From Candidatus Aenigmatarchaeota archaeon (GTDB lineage Archaea > Aenigmatarchaeota > Aenigmatarchaeia > CG10238-14 > SpSt-28): 53,712 nucleotides of DNA. The stretch's first letter is position 1, and each line of letters opens with the position of its first letter. The stretch lies in NCBI GenBank assembly GCA_038997305.1, contig JAWAZZ010000004.1, positions 1 through 53,712 of the forward strand. The letters are read 5' to 3'. The notes under the pieces were generated by a model that worked only from the letters and a program-made list of their open reading frames with translations, was not told where the DNA came from and made no database searches. Made by a program: the position numbers and the translations under genes. Shown in pieces: positions 29,373-39,957 of this stretch.

Positions 29373-30379
29373 GCAATTCCAAAATAGATAATAAATGGCT
29401 CTAAAAAGTTAGAGTAATGAAAAGATATATAAGGAACTATCTTATCTTTAAATTTTTCGTCTATAACAGGTTCTTTGATAGATGCTATAGATAAAATTAA
29501 AGAAAGCAAAATTTTTTCTTCATTAGAATCTAAAGAATTATCTCTATAAAAGTTTGTAGCCCAACCAATTATGTTATTCTTATAGTAAGTTAATGTTGCT
29601 GCAGCTATATCAGAATTAGCCTGTCTTAACAAATAATTGTTAGGATCCTTTGGCATTACAACTATTGAATTTGTTAAAAGATTGAAAGATTGTCCACCAG
29701 AATAACCAAATTGGTACTTTAGTATTTTAAAGGCCTTATATGTTGCAAAAGTGCCACTATTCGGTTTTGTTAAAGTCGCTGCAGAATTTCCATTATTATT
29801 TCCAATAGTTAAGCTAAAAACGTTTTCTAAAGAGTTTTTGTTAGAGTTATAAAAAGTTATATTAATATCGCATAAGAATAGAATCCCGTTAACTTCTCTA
29901 TATCTTAACAAATCTGCATAATAATTATCTAAATTCTCACATCCTATTATCAATAATCCATGTCTTTCAAAATCTGTCTTAGTTAATGGAAATGTTGTTG
30001 GAAAAAATCTAATACTTATGGGTCTTCCGTTAATATAAACATTTAAAAATCTGTTGTTCAAGTCTCTCAAAACTTCTTCGTTGCAAATACAAGAAATGTT
30101 AATTAAATTAGGAAATAAACCATAGTCGCTTATATAAAATTCCGGTATTCTTTTAACTTTATCTATTAATATATAATAAATTTGATCTCTTAGGTTTAAA
30201 TAATTTGCATTTATGCCATATAATTTGTCAAGAGAAAATAGAATATCATAAGATAAAAATTTTATATATTTTTCTTCAAAACCATAAGGTTTTGGAATAG
30301 AATAATACAAAACCAAATAAAAAATAATGAGAATTGAAGATGCCAAAAGAGCATCATAAACGGAGAATTGTAATTTCAT
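29369..30379 (-). CDS. Pilin-like/adhesin protein
   Basis: MKL-QFSVYDALLASSILIIF class III-like N-terminus, last gene of the pilus operon. Confidence 0.6.
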   Translation of the reverse strand: MKLQFSVYDALLASSILIIFYLVLYYSIPKPYGFEEKYIKFLSYDILFSLDKLYGINANYLNLRDQIYYILIDKVKRIPEFYISDYGLFPNLINISCICNEEVLRDLNNRFLNVYINGRPISIRFFPTTFPLTKTDFERHGLLIIGCENLDNYYADLLRYREVNGILFLCDINITFYNSNKNSLENVFSLTIGNNNGNSAATLTKPNSGTFATYKAFKILKYQFGYSGGQSFNLLTNSIVVMPKDPNNYLLRQANSDIAAATLTYYKNNIIGWATNFYRDNSLDSNEEKILLSLILSIASIKEPVIDEKFKDKIVPYISFHYSNFLEPFIIYFGIA

Positions 30380-30813
30380 ATCATTATACCTATTTCAAAA
30401 ATTTCTATATTATTATTGAAGGTAACAACTCTTTTAACAGCTCTAACATTCGAAGTAAAACAACTATAAAAAGTATTTCCACTACTCAAACTTATCTTAA
30501 AATCTCTTGCAACCAAAATTTCCTTAAGCTTATCTTTATTGTTATTACACTGAGAAAAAAAAGAAACAACCTTATTATTGTCTAATTCGTTAAATTTTCC
30601 TTTATTTAAACCTATATCATTATTTATTTCGTAAGACGAGTTAGAATATATTATTTGATTAGAAAGTGCTAAAGCTCTTATATTTTGAACATAAGTTCTA
30701 TAAGAGTCTAGAATATCCAAATACAAAGATGTAGAAAGAAATATTACTATAAAAACTGTGGCCACAAATATTGAAATAGAAATTGTTTGATCTAATATGT
30801 TTTGAAGCCTCAT
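30376..30813 (-). CDS. Pilin-like protein
   Basis: MRL-QNILDQTISISIFVATVFIVIF, in the pilus operon. Confidence 0.6.
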   Translation of the reverse strand: MRLQNILDQTISISIFVATVFIVIFLSTSLYLDILDSYRTYVQNIRALALSNQIIYSNSSYEINNDIGLNKGKFNELDNNKVVSFFSQCNNNKDKLKEILVARDFKISLSSGNTFYSCFTSNVRAVKRVVTFNNNIEIFEIGIMI

Positions 30814-31712
30814 AAAAATCCTATTCTTCCTAAAATAAGAAATATTAAAAAAGTTACCGTAAAAAGAATTATAGAATGCATTATTCCTTTTGCTATACTC
30901 TTTTCTGCACCATATCCTATTATTAATCCAGAAAATGCTGCCTGCAAAAGTGCCAAATTCAATAAAACAGCCAACATATAAGCTTCTGTGGAATTTTTAA
31001 CTTCTTTCTTAAATAATTGTGATTCAGCCAAATAGAAATTACATATAATTTCTTCCAAGCTAAATGTACCGTAAGTCAAGCAAATTGGTTGAGCCTGCTG
31101 ATTGGTTTCTAAAAATTGAGTATATATTGGGACTAAAACCTTAATTAAAACTATGATTATCGCAACAATTACTAATGAAATAGCATAAAAAAGAATCGTA
31201 AATTGAGATATTACAACCTTTCTTTCTCTTTCTACCTCAGATAATTTTAGAATAAAATCATATAAGGAATCTATCGCATCCTTTAGTCCAAATCCGCTTT
31301 TTAGTTCATATTTTAAAATTCTCAAAGAATTAAATATTTTTCTGTTAGGTTTAAAAGTATTTTCTAAATATTCAAATGCCTTTTCTAAAGAAATAGAGGC
31401 TTCTAATTTTCTTTTAAAAATTCTAAAATGCTTTGTTATTTCTCCATATCTTTCTTTCGAAATCTCTATTAAAGCTCTTATGGGTGCTATTCCAACTTCT
31501 ATACTTCTGGATAAGTTCTTAAGAAATACTGGAAAGTATTTATCTGCTAAGGATACTTCTATTTCTCTTTTTAAAATTTCATAACCGGTAAATGCCAAAA
31601 TAGTTATAACGAAAAATATAAAAACATTTATCAGGGATATTGGTTCAAAAAAATAAACTAATATTCCAATTACTATAAAAATCGGAATTATAATCTTCAA
31701 ATATCTATTCAT
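30810..31712 (-). CDS. Type II/IV secretion membrane platform protein (TadC/ArlJ-like)
   Basis: FPVFLKNL...GI....AL.....YG, ERER, QAAFSGLIIG..GI.H. Confidence 0.88.
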   Translation of the reverse strand: MNRYLKIIIPIFIVIGILVYFFEPISLINVFIFFVITILAFTGYEILKREIEVSLADKYFPVFLKNLSRSIEVGIAPIRALIEISKERYGEITKHFRIFKRKLEASISLEKAFEYLENTFKPNRKIFNSLRILKYELKSGFGLKDAIDSLYDFILKLSEVERERKVVISQFTILFYAISLVIVAIIIVLIKVLVPIYTQFLETNQQAQPICLTYGTFSLEEIICNFYLAESQLFKKEVKNSTEAYMLAVLLNLALLQAAFSGLIIGYGAEKSIAKGIMHSIILFTVTFLIFLILGRIGFL

Positions 31713-32569
31713 GGTATCATAATTCTAATCAATTTTGCAATCATAAAAGATGCAATAGGTATTATAAGAAAAGATAGTAAAAATTGCGTCTCAACAATTC
31801 CTGGCATTGGTTGCAAAAGAGAGAAGATAGAGATTAAAATATTTAGAAACATGGCACCAACCAATATTACTATCATATGAATTTGCAAAACCATAGCAAC
31901 TTTTCTACCTGATTCTCTTATCTTATTTCTATATTCTTCTATTTCATCTCTCGCAAAAGAAGAAACATAAGCCTTTAAACTTCCTCCAGCTTTTATTGTT
32001 GTAGATAAACCAAACAAAAATCTCTCTAACTTTTTCGATGGAACCAACTCAATTTTTTTATCTATAGCAGATAAAATATCTAAACCTCCAAATTCCATTA
32101 ATTTTAGAATGTCATTTAATTCCTTAGAAAGCTTAAATTGAGGATTACTGGCTACGAAATTTTTTATAGAAATTCCAAGAGGTGTCTTATCATTAACAAA
32201 AACGCTAAAAGTGTAAAGAGATTCGTGCAATTCACTCTCTATTGAAGATGCTAAACTTCTTATTCTCATGCTAGGAAGTTTAATATATATGAAAAAGATT
32301 AGAAAAGATATGAATATTGAGAGAAGTATTGAAGAAGTTAAGGAAAAAATTATATTTTGAGTTAAGACCATTAATAATATTGATGAAAAGACCATAGAAA
32401 AAACAAAACCTAAAAATCCAAATAATATTGCTTTAGAAATATAAATTTCAACATTTTCTTTGTACTTTAATACTTTTAACTCTCTAGGCAAGTCTTCAAA
32501 AAAATTTTTAAAAAAATTTATAACTTCAGGAAATGCTTCTTTAAACAATAAAGAAGCCTGAGTTATCAT
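31709..32569 (-). CDS. Type II/IV secretion membrane platform protein (TadB/C-like)
   Basis: IESEL..LSKEL..M.FGG.DI..A..PS..L.RFL.GL.TTI..GGSL. Lies directly downstream of the ATPase. Confidence 0.88.
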   Translation of the reverse strand: MITQASLLFKEAFPEVINFFKNFFEDLPRELKVLKYKENVEIYISKAILFGFLGFVFSMVFSSILLMVLTQNIIFSLTSSILLSIFISFLIFFIYIKLPSMRIRSLASSIESELHESLYTFSVFVNDKTPLGISIKNFVASNPQFKLSKELNDILKLMEFGGLDILSAIDKKIELVPSKKLERFLFGLSTTIKAGGSLKAYVSSFARDEIEEYRNKIRESGRKVAMVLQIHMIVILVGAMFLNILISIFSLLQPMPGIVETQFLLSFLIIPIASFMIAKLIRIMIP

Positions 32570-34257
32570 GCCAATAATTCGTCTATATAACCTATTAAAC
32601 CCTCTTTATTTATATGATACAAAGTTATTATTTGATGGAAAGTTTCTAAATCACGTATGTCATATCTATACATAAATTCTAAGACTTTAGCTCTATTTAG
32701 AATTTCCTCTTTGATTTCATTCTCATCTAACCCAAAACTCTTTGAAATTTTATATAAAGTATAACTCTTTGAAACTATTTCAAACTTGTCGTTAAACGGA
32801 TTCCATATAATTACGTCTCTATACTTTACATCCTTTTCGTCAGCAGCTAAAATTTCGACAATATTTGAAACTCTTCTTGTAATTCTATCTTTATAGTATA
32901 ATCTCTTTACAAAAACAACCAAGTCTAAAATTTCTATTAAAGATGGGCTTAACTCTATTGGTTTTGTTTTTAATCTATCTATAAGTTTTGTCATATCTTC
33001 GGCATGAATTGTAGCTAATCCAGTATGACCAGTCGCCATTCCTTGAAATAGAACATTTGCCTCTATACCTCTAACTTCTCCTACTATAATATAGTCTGGC
33101 CTTTGTCTAAGAGCTGCTCTTATTAATTCGAACAAATCGACTTCGCCTTCTTTTCCAGTAGAAACAGGAACTCTAGCAACATGTTGTATCCAATGAGTAT
33201 GTGGTAATTTAATTTCTGGAGTATCTTCAATAGAAACTATCTTTTTTTCATACCTTATAAATGAAGAAATTACATTTAACAGAGTTGTTTTACCAGTACC
33301 TGTACCACCAGATATTAAAACATTTCTTCCATAATCTATACAAAACCACAAATAAGCCAAAGACAAAACATCTATAGTCCTTGATTTGATTAGATCTATT
33401 GGTGTCAATACTTTTTTTGGGAACTTTCTTATGGTAAAGTTAGAGCCTCTAATAGCAATATCCGTTTCTAATGTTGCTTGTAATCTTGAACCATCTGGTA
33501 AAATTCCATCTACTAGTGGTTGAGCTAAGTTTATTGCCTTTCCACATTTTTGTGCCAATCTTATTACTAAAGAATCCAATTCTTCTCTATTATTAATAAT
33601 TATATTTGTTTGAATAGAACCTAACAAAGGATTTTTATGAACTACAAATATAGGAATTGATAAACCGTCGCAACTAATGTCTTCTATGTTAGGATCTCTC
33701 ATTAATGCGTCTATAATTCCATATCCAATTAAATCTCTTTCAACGTAATACCAAAGTTTTTCTTTTTGTTCTTGTGATAATTTATAATTTTCTATTAATC
33801 TGTTGAAAATGTTCGCAACCTCTTCTTCGTAGGGTAATTCAAATCTTTCTCCCAATAGTACAAATATTTTTTCTTTAATTTCTTTTAGAATATTTCTTTC
33901 CTCCTCAGATAAAGGTGGTTCTATAACGTTATATATGTACCTACCATTTTCAAACGTAATTCTCGCATAAGCAAAAACTTTTCCTTCTTTTACGTTTAAA
34001 GGATATTCCTCTATTATCCCTTCTTTTCTTTCTGTTTCTTCTAAAAACTCGAAAGGATAGTAGGGTATTTCTATTCCTGGGAATTCTTCCCAAGGTTTTT
34101 TAGTTTTTGGTTTTCTTAAACCAAGTTTTGCCTCCAACTTTTTAATTTTTGCCCTCATCTTAGCTTCTATTTCAGCTTGCATTCTAGTTAAAATAATTGG
34201 AGTTTGGGTTTCCCAGAATTTTTTTGCTCCCTCAAGTATTTTTCTACCTATTACCAT
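32566..34257 (-). CDS. Type IV pilus/archaellum-type assembly ATPase (VirB11/ArlI family)
   Basis: Y.VIEP.L, RDLIGYG.ID.LM.DPNIEDISCDG, LPDGSR, FTIRKF, GGTGTGKTT, IEDTPE, RQRPDYIIVGEVRG, TGH..TIHA. Confidence 0.95.
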   Translation of the reverse strand: MVIGRKILEGAKKFWETQTPIILTRMQAEIEAKMRAKIKKLEAKLGLRKPKTKKPWEEFPGIEIPYYPFEFLEETERKEGIIEEYPLNVKEGKVFAYARITFENGRYIYNVIEPPLSEEERNILKEIKEKIFVLLGERFELPYEEEVANIFNRLIENYKLSQEQKEKLWYYVERDLIGYGIIDALMRDPNIEDISCDGLSIPIFVVHKNPLLGSIQTNIIINNREELDSLVIRLAQKCGKAINLAQPLVDGILPDGSRLQATLETDIAIRGSNFTIRKFPKKVLTPIDLIKSRTIDVLSLAYLWFCIDYGRNVLISGGTGTGKTTLLNVISSFIRYEKKIVSIEDTPEIKLPHTHWIQHVARVPVSTGKEGEVDLFELIRAALRQRPDYIIVGEVRGIEANVLFQGMATGHTGLATIHAEDMTKLIDRLKTKPIELSPSLIEILDLVVFVKRLYYKDRITRRVSNIVEILAADEKDVKYRDVIIWNPFNDKFEIVSKSYTLYKISKSFGLDENEIKEEILNRAKVLEFMYRYDIRDLETFHQIITLYHINKEGLIGYIDELLA

Positions 34258-34286
34258 AAAATTATTATTTATGCTAAACTTTAATA

Positions 34287-34730
34287 TTAATTTTTATTTT
34301 TTACTTCTATCTTATTCTGAAATTTGTTTATTTCTATAACAATATTCTTATCCGAAGAGGCTAAAATATCAAAGAAGTATGTAACGTTTTTGTTAAAAAT
34401 GTTTGAATAGATAATAGAAGATGAATACATTTCCTCATATTTAACTCTTACATTTCCTTCATTAGATACATAAAAAAGATAATTTCTAGGAATAGAATAG
34501 TTTATGTTTAAATTATAACTTACCTTACAATATTTACATACTGAATCAAAAATTAGTATTGGCGATTCGATTAAATTTAGAATGGAATAAACGTTAAAAG
34601 TATTTACATCTTTAGCAACTCTGTCTCTTAAAAATGTAAAATACATCAAAAGAAAAGAGATCACAGAAAAAATTATAAAAGAAAATACTACATAACTTAG
34701 TATTTCAGTTTGTAATAAATTCTTGTTCAT
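34287..34730 (-). CDS. Pilin-like protein
   Basis: MNKNLL-QTEILSYVVFSFII aligns with VSEILSF of the neighbouring pilin. Confidence 0.6.
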   Translation of the reverse strand: MNKNLLQTEILSYVVFSFIIFSVISFLLMYFTFLRDRVAKDVNTFNVYSILNLIESPILIFDSVCKYCKVSYNLNINYSIPRNYLFYVSNEGNVRVKYEEMYSSSIIYSNIFNKNVTYFFDILASSDKNIVIEINKFQNKIEVKNKN

Positions 34731-35300
34731 TTAACTAACTTTAAAGCTTATTACTTTATTTTGATAATCTATTCTATCAAAACTTATAAATATATACTTA
34801 GAGTTTGAATAAAATGGTTGGGAAAAAAATAGAGTATAAGTATCTCCCTCAACAGATATCCTCTTTAATCTTAATCTGTAACTTACTCTATATACATCTT
34901 GTACCTTCTCAGAATAAACTTCGACAACATAAAATGGTTCTTTTGGAAATTCACAAACATCTTTTAAACATCCGTATATCGCTACCCAATTTCCAGGACT
35001 TACAGGGGAAACCTTGGAAGAAAAAGAAAATGTTATGGTGTTTTGAGTTACATTCCAAGAACCATCATATCCACCAACTCTTTCACTTCCACTCTTTGCA
35101 ATTAGTATTCTTCTCAATGCAGCTTGCACAGATGATTCAGATAAATCATTGAAGAGTGTTTGATAAATAATATTTACTTTCATTTCGTCTTGTCTTTTTT
35201 GCAAATAAGGAATTCCCCACGAGAGAATTAAAGAAATTAAACTAACAACTAAGAGAGCTATTAAAATAAATGATAAAATTTCTGAAACCCCTCTTTTCAT
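34731..35300 (-). CDS. Type IV pilin with canonical class III signal peptide
   Basis: MKRG|VSEILSFILIALLVVSLISLIL. Confidence 0.8.
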   Translation of the reverse strand: MKRGVSEILSFILIALLVVSLISLILSWGIPYLQKRQDEMKVNIIYQTLFNDLSESSVQAALRRILIAKSGSERVGGYDGSWNVTQNTITFSFSSKVSPVSPGNWVAIYGCLKDVCEFPKEPFYVVEVYSEKVQDVYRVSYRLRLKRISVEGDTYTLFFSQPFYSNSKYIFISFDRIDYQNKVISFKVS

Positions 35301-35307
35301 AAAAATA

Positions 35308-35829
35308 TTATTTTTCTAGAGGTATTAATCCTTCTTTTTTGATTGGAATCTTTAGTTGTTGAAGTTGTAATTGTATAGGAGCTTGAGGTTTTTCTTCTGT
35401 AGATGTTCTAGCCACTAATTTCTTTTCCAACTTATTTTCAAAGTTTCTTATTTCTTCTACTAATTGCTTATTCAATTCTGCTAATGTCTTTATTCCTTCG
35501 CTTACCTCACTCATTTTCTTTACTAGAGGTTTAAAAGCCTCTGGACTTATTACTTCTTGCACTACAGAAGTTTTAATAAAGTTTAAAAGCTCGTTCATTT
35601 GCATCACTAAAGAATCTAATTTGGGATATAGCTTTGAAATTTCTAATTTCAAAGCTTCATTAGATTTAACAACTTCATCGACTATTAACTGGTTTATTTT
35701 TATTATCTGTAAAATTTCTCTAAAAAATTCTTCTCCACTTTTTTTATTTATTTCTTGTTCTAATTTTTCTAATCTCCGCTCTAATCTTCTTAAAGGAGTA
35801 GAAGGAATTAACTCAAATTCATCATCCAT
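35308..35829 (-). CDS. Hypothetical coiled-coil protein heading the pilus operon
   Basis: MDDEFELIPSTPLRRLERRLEKLE, heptad-rich. 7-bp gap to the pilin gene. Confidence 0.75.
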   Translation of the reverse strand: MDDEFELIPSTPLRRLERRLEKLEQEINKKSGEEFFREILQIIKINQLIVDEVVKSNEALKLEISKLYPKLDSLVMQMNELLNFIKTSVVQEVISPEAFKPLVKKMSEVSEGIKTLAELNKQLVEEIRNFENKLEKKLVARTSTEEKPQAPIQLQLQQLKIPIKKEGLIPLEK

Positions 35830-35884
35830 AATTTTATAATAATTGATTAAACTTATATTTATACCTTTTGGTTAATCTATATTG

Positions 35885-36913
35885 TTAAGATTTCTTAAAC
35901 CAAGCAGCTAACGATGTTTGCTTTGTTTTTCTGCTGGCTTCTTCCAATTTGCTTAAAGCGTTTAAAACTCTTTCTTCGCTAAAATTTCTTTCATCAACCA
36001 TAAACTTCAAAATTTTTTCCTTATCTATTTCACCAAATTTTATTTCTACATTTTCTTCTACTGGAGGATTTAAAAAGAAGTTAAATATTTCATCTATTTC
36101 ATCTGGCAATTTTAAATATCTTTTTATTCTGTCGAAAGTTTTTAATTCTCTAACTAATTCTAACGCTTTTTTTGGTCCGTAACCTTTAACGCCTTCAAAA
36201 TAATCACAACCAACAATTATTCCTATCGCAATTAGTTGCTCTCTACTTATTCTTAATTTTTGAAGTAATTCATTAAGTTCTATTATTTCTGGTTTTATTT
36301 CGACATAAATTTCTTTTTTTGGTAATTTTCTTTTTCCACTAATACTTAAATTCCTTACTAATCTTGAAGAACCAAAAAGCAAAGAATCATAATCTTGAGA
36401 TGCAGACGCATATACTAAACCTTTAGCAGCTAAATATGCAGCTTGTGCTTCGCCCTCGCTTTTTGCTTGAACTACTGGTAATCCCATATATTTCAACAAT
36501 TCTTTTGCTTCCTCAACCATTTCTTTTGTTAGAATACTTGCTGCTTGTGCATAAGTTATTGCCTCTTCTCCACTTTCTAAAGCTTCTTGCCATTTTTTAA
36601 ATGCTTCTTCTTTCGCTCTTAATCTTTCTTGTATCTCTTTTAGCTTAAATTTTGGTGGTTCGCCATCGAAAACATACACAGGCTTAATTCCGTTTTCAAG
36701 CAAATTAATTGTTCTATAAAACAAGCCAGAAATATGAGAAGTAATTCTTCCCTTGGAATCTCTTAATGGTTCGCCAGTATCTTTATCTCTTATAATAGAC
36801 AAAAATTGATAAAGGGAGTTGAAAGCATCTATTGCTATTGTTTTGTTAGCTAGCTCACTTAATTCTACCTCTTTTTTTACATCCTCTACTATATCTCTTA
36901 GATTAACTCCCAT
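35885..36913 (-). CDS. fen: Flap endonuclease 1
   Basis: MGV, IDAFN.LYQFL, TSH.SG.FYRT, VFDG, EGEAQA, SQDYD, G.GPKKA, C-terminal PIP box QTSLAAWF. Confidence 0.97.
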   Translation of the reverse strand: MGVNLRDIVEDVKKEVELSELANKTIAIDAFNSLYQFLSIIRDKDTGEPLRDSKGRITSHISGLFYRTINLLENGIKPVYVFDGEPPKFKLKEIQERLRAKEEAFKKWQEALESGEEAITYAQAASILTKEMVEEAKELLKYMGLPVVQAKSEGEAQAAYLAAKGLVYASASQDYDSLLFGSSRLVRNLSISGKRKLPKKEIYVEIKPEIIELNELLQKLRISREQLIAIGIIVGCDYFEGVKGYGPKKALELVRELKTFDRIKRYLKLPDEIDEIFNFFLNPPVEENVEIKFGEIDKEKILKFMVDERNFSEERVLNALSKLEEASRKTKQTSLAAWFKKS

Positions 36914-37191
36914 TACTTCTTCTTTTTTCTTTCTTTTTTAGCTTCTTCTGTTTTCTCGCTTTCTTTTTGTAATTCTCTTTGTAATTCTTTTTCTATTTTC
37001 CATTCATCATAGTATAACCATGCTATAAATAATCCTAGAAACACTAACATTACTGGAATTCCTCCGTTTAATACTGTTATTACATCTGATAAAGCTGGTT
37101 TTAAGCTTAGAAAGGGTACTCCTTTAAATATATAGTATATTGCTGCTACTGCTATTACTATTCCTAGGAAAGCTTTCACTAAAGGATGCAT
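36913..37191 (-). CDS. Small membrane protein (2 TM, charged tail)
   Basis: 92-aa ORF whose stop overlaps the fen start. Confidence 0.75.
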   Translation of the reverse strand: MHPLVKAFLGIVIAVAAIYYIFKGVPFLSLKPALSDVITVLNGGIPVMLVFLGLFIAWLYYDEWKIEKELQRELQKESEKTEEAKKERKKKK

Positions 37192-37216
37192 AATATTATA
37201 AGAAGAAAAGATATTT

Positions 37217-39802
37217 ATGTTCGAATTATTAAGAAAAGAAATTCAAGAATTAATAAAGGATAGATTTGAAAAACCCACCGAAATACAAAAAATAGCTATA
37301 CCACTAATTCTTTCTGGTAAAAATGTTTTGATCAGTGCACCCACTGGCTATGGAAAAACAGAAGCAGCTTTTTTACCAGCTTTAAGTAAAATTCTAGAAA
37401 ATCCAATACCAATTTCAATAATTTATATTACCCCCTTAAGAGCATTAAACAGAGATTTACTCGAAAGGTTAAATTATTATAGTAAAAATTTAAACCTAGA
37501 AATAGCTGTTAGGCATAGCGATACTTCGAAGTATGAAAGAACTAAACAATCTCAATTCCCTCCTCATATATTAATAACTACTCCTGAAACCTTTCACATA
37601 ATTTTCCATACAAAAAATTTGAGGAATCATTTAAAAAATGTAAAATTTGTTATAATAGATGAAATTCATGAAATCTGTGATAATAAAAGAGGTTTGCACC
37701 TATCTATTAGTTTAGAAAGATTAAGAGAAATTGCAAATTTTCAAACGATAATGATATCTGCAACCATTAGCAATTTTTCAATAGGAAAACTATTCTGCAA
37801 GGATTTTGAAATTGCCAGCTTGGAAAAAATAAAAGAATACGAATTTCATATAATTTTAGAAAAGGAATTTGAAAAAAGAATTAAAAAGATTGTTGAAATT
37901 TTAGAAAAATATAATCAAGTTCTAATTTTTACAAATACAAGAGAAGAAGCAGAATTTTTAGCCTATAATTTAAAAAAGTATTTAAACGTAGAAGTCCATC
38001 ATTCTAGCTTGAGTAGAGAGGTAAGAATGCAAATAGAAAAAGATTTTAAACAAGGAAAGATAAAAGCAATAGTTGCAACTTCAAGCTTGCAGCTAGGTAT
38101 CGACATAGGAAATGTAGATGCTGTAATACAATACAATAGTGCTAGAGAAGTTATTCAATTAGTGCAAAGAGTCGGAAGAAGTGGGCATAGAGAAAATAAG
38201 AAGCCAATTGGAATTATAATTTGTAGCGATGAATTAGAATATGAAGAATCCAAAAATTTAGTAAAATTTGCAAAGGAAGGAAAATTAGAAAAATTGGAAT
38301 TTCCTAAAAATTCTTTGGATGTTATTGCTAATCATATTTTATCTCTTTGCAAAGAAAAAAGATATACTTTTGAGGAAATAAAAAAAATAATTAAAAAATC
38401 TGTTGCCTTTGAAAATATTAAAGATGAAGAAATAAAAGAAGTTTTAAACTTTCTTAAAGTTCATAAACTATTGTTTGAAGATAACCTAACATATAAAACC
38501 AGTAAAAAAGGTTTTAAATGTTTATTAGAAAATCTTAGCTTAATACCTTCTATAAAGCAATACGAAGTTATAGATATCACTTCCAATAGAGTAATAGCAA
38601 AATTAGATGAAAACTTTGTAGTTACAGAATTAGAAATTGGAAACTCTTATCTAATTAAAGGTAGCTCTTGGAAGGTTGTTGATATAGATGAAGAAAAAGT
38701 ATATGTAGAACCTAGCGAAGAAGAAGCAATAGTGCCAAGTTGGGAAGGGGAATTAATTCCTGTAAGCTATGAAGTGGCAAAAGAAATTGAAAATTCAGAA
38801 ATTTTTGAAGGAAAAAAAGTTGAAATTGTATTTGATGGTAAACATTTTTACTATATTTTTCATTTACCATATGGAAACAGAGTTAACGAAACTTTAATGC
38901 ATGCTATTTTATTTTTCGTTTCTAAAGTTTTTAAAGAGATGTTTAGCAAATCTCTTCAGTACGGAATTATTTTTAGAACAAAACAAAGAAATGATGAAAT
39001 ATTTAAACTTGCTTTAGAAAATTTAGATAAGAATTTAGAAGCATTTGTCATAGATTCTGTAAAAAATTCTAAATTATTTTATTATAAATTTTTTCAAATT
39101 GCTAAAAGATTTGGAATAATCTCTCAAGAATCTAAATTATCATTCTCAAAAATTAAGAAACTTGCAGAATTTTATAGAAATAGCGTAATAGAAAAAGAAG
39201 TTCTTAATGAAATAATATTTGAAAAGTTGGACTTCGAAAATGCTAAAAGAATTCTAAACGATTTAAAAAATTTAAAACTCGAATTTAGAGAAAAGTTTTC
39301 TAAATTTTCTGAACTACTATTAAAAAGAGTGTTCTCTTTTTCAGAAATTCCTATGTTAGAAGCAAACATTTTAGAGAAAATAAAAAATAGATTGCTCAAT
39401 ACTGAACTAATTTTTCTCTGTTTAAACTGTAAAAATATTTGGAAGAGAAAAGTTAAAGAAATTGATTTCGAAAAATGTATAAAATGTAACTCTCCTTTTG
39501 TTAGCATTTTAAAGAAAGAAAAAGATTTAGAATCAGCATTAAAGATTTTGAAAAAAGTAGAAAAAGGTTTAAAACTAGAAGAAAAAGAAAAGGAATTTTA
39601 CCAAAAGTTGTATGATAGTGCAACATTATTCAATAGTTTTGGAAAAAAAGCTGCACTAGTTTTAGCTGGCAAAGGTATAGGAATAGAAACAGCCAAAAAA
39701 ATCCTAAATATAAAAAAAGTTTACGACAACGAAAATAAATTAATAGAAGAAATTTTTGAAAAAGAAAAAGAATTCATAAGAATAAGACATTTTTTAGAGT
39801 AA
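37217..39802 (+). CDS. lhr: Lhr-family SF2 helicase with C-terminal Cys-rich motif
   Basis: APTGYGKTE, TPLRALNRD, TTPE, DEIH, SAT, HHSSL, LGIDIG, QRVGRSGH, PSWEGE, CLNC..CIKC. Confidence 0.92.
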   Translation: MFELLRKEIQELIKDRFEKPTEIQKIAIPLILSGKNVLISAPTGYGKTEAAFLPALSKILENPIPISIIYITPLRALNRDLLERLNYYSKNLNLEIAVRHSDTSKYERTKQSQFPPHILITTPETFHIIFHTKNLRNHLKNVKFVIIDEIHEICDNKRGLHLSISLERLREIANFQTIMISATISNFSIGKLFCKDFEIASLEKIKEYEFHIILEKEFEKRIKKIVEILEKYNQVLIFTNTREEAEFLAYNLKKYLNVEVHHSSLSREVRMQIEKDFKQGKIKAIVATSSLQLGIDIGNVDAVIQYNSAREVIQLVQRVGRSGHRENKKPIGIIICSDELEYEESKNLVKFAKEGKLEKLEFPKNSLDVIANHILSLCKEKRYTFEEIKKIIKKSVAFENIKDEEIKEVLNFLKVHKLLFEDNLTYKTSKKGFKCLLENLSLIPSIKQYEVIDITSNRVIAKLDENFVVTELEIGNSYLIKGSSWKVVDIDEEKVYVEPSEEEAIVPSWEGELIPVSYEVAKEIENSEIFEGKKVEIVFDGKHFYYIFHLPYGNRVNETLMHAILFFVSKVFKEMFSKSLQYGIIFRTKQRNDEIFKLALENLDKNLEAFVIDSVKNSKLFYYKFFQIAKRFGIISQESKLSFSKIKKLAEFYRNSVIEKEVLNEIIFEKLDFENAKRILNDLKNLKLEFREKFSKFSELLLKRVFSFSEIPMLEANILEKIKNRLLNTELIFLCLNCKNIWKRKVKEIDFEKCIKCNSPFVSILKKEKDLESALKILKKVEKGLKLEEKEKEFYQKLYDSATLFNSFGKKAALVLAGKGIGIETAKKILNIKKVYDNENKLIEEIFEKEKEFIRIRHFLE

Positions 39803-39808
39803 TTAAAC

Positions 39809-39881
39809 TGCCCCGGCCGGGATTCGAACCCGGGTCACGGGCTCGAGAGGCCCGTATCCTTGGCCACTAGACGACCGGGGC
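39809..39881 (-). tRNA. tRNA-Glu(CTC)
   Basis: Minus strand GCCCCGG..CGGGC-CT CTC GA-GCCCG..CCGGG-TTCGAAT-CCCGG-CCGGGGC-A. Confidence 0.95.
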
Positions 39882-39889
39882 ATATAAGA

Positions 39890-39930
39890 AAAAATTTAAA
39901 ATAAAAATAAAAAAGAAAAAGAATAAAAAC
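39890..39930 (-). terminator. Oligo(T)-rich tract after the basic peptide gene (also holds the tRNA-Glu TATA-like element)
   Basis: Minus strand gtttttattctttttcttttttattttattttaaatttttt resembles archaeal U-tract terminators. Confidence 0.4.
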
Positions 39931-39957
39931 TTAACTTCTTAATATCTTATAAAGAAA

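Noticed and set aside
29369-35829. Archaellum (motility) operon
   Set aside because: No archaellin-like C-domains or ArlF/G/H are seen, and two short platform genes fit a pilus-type system better
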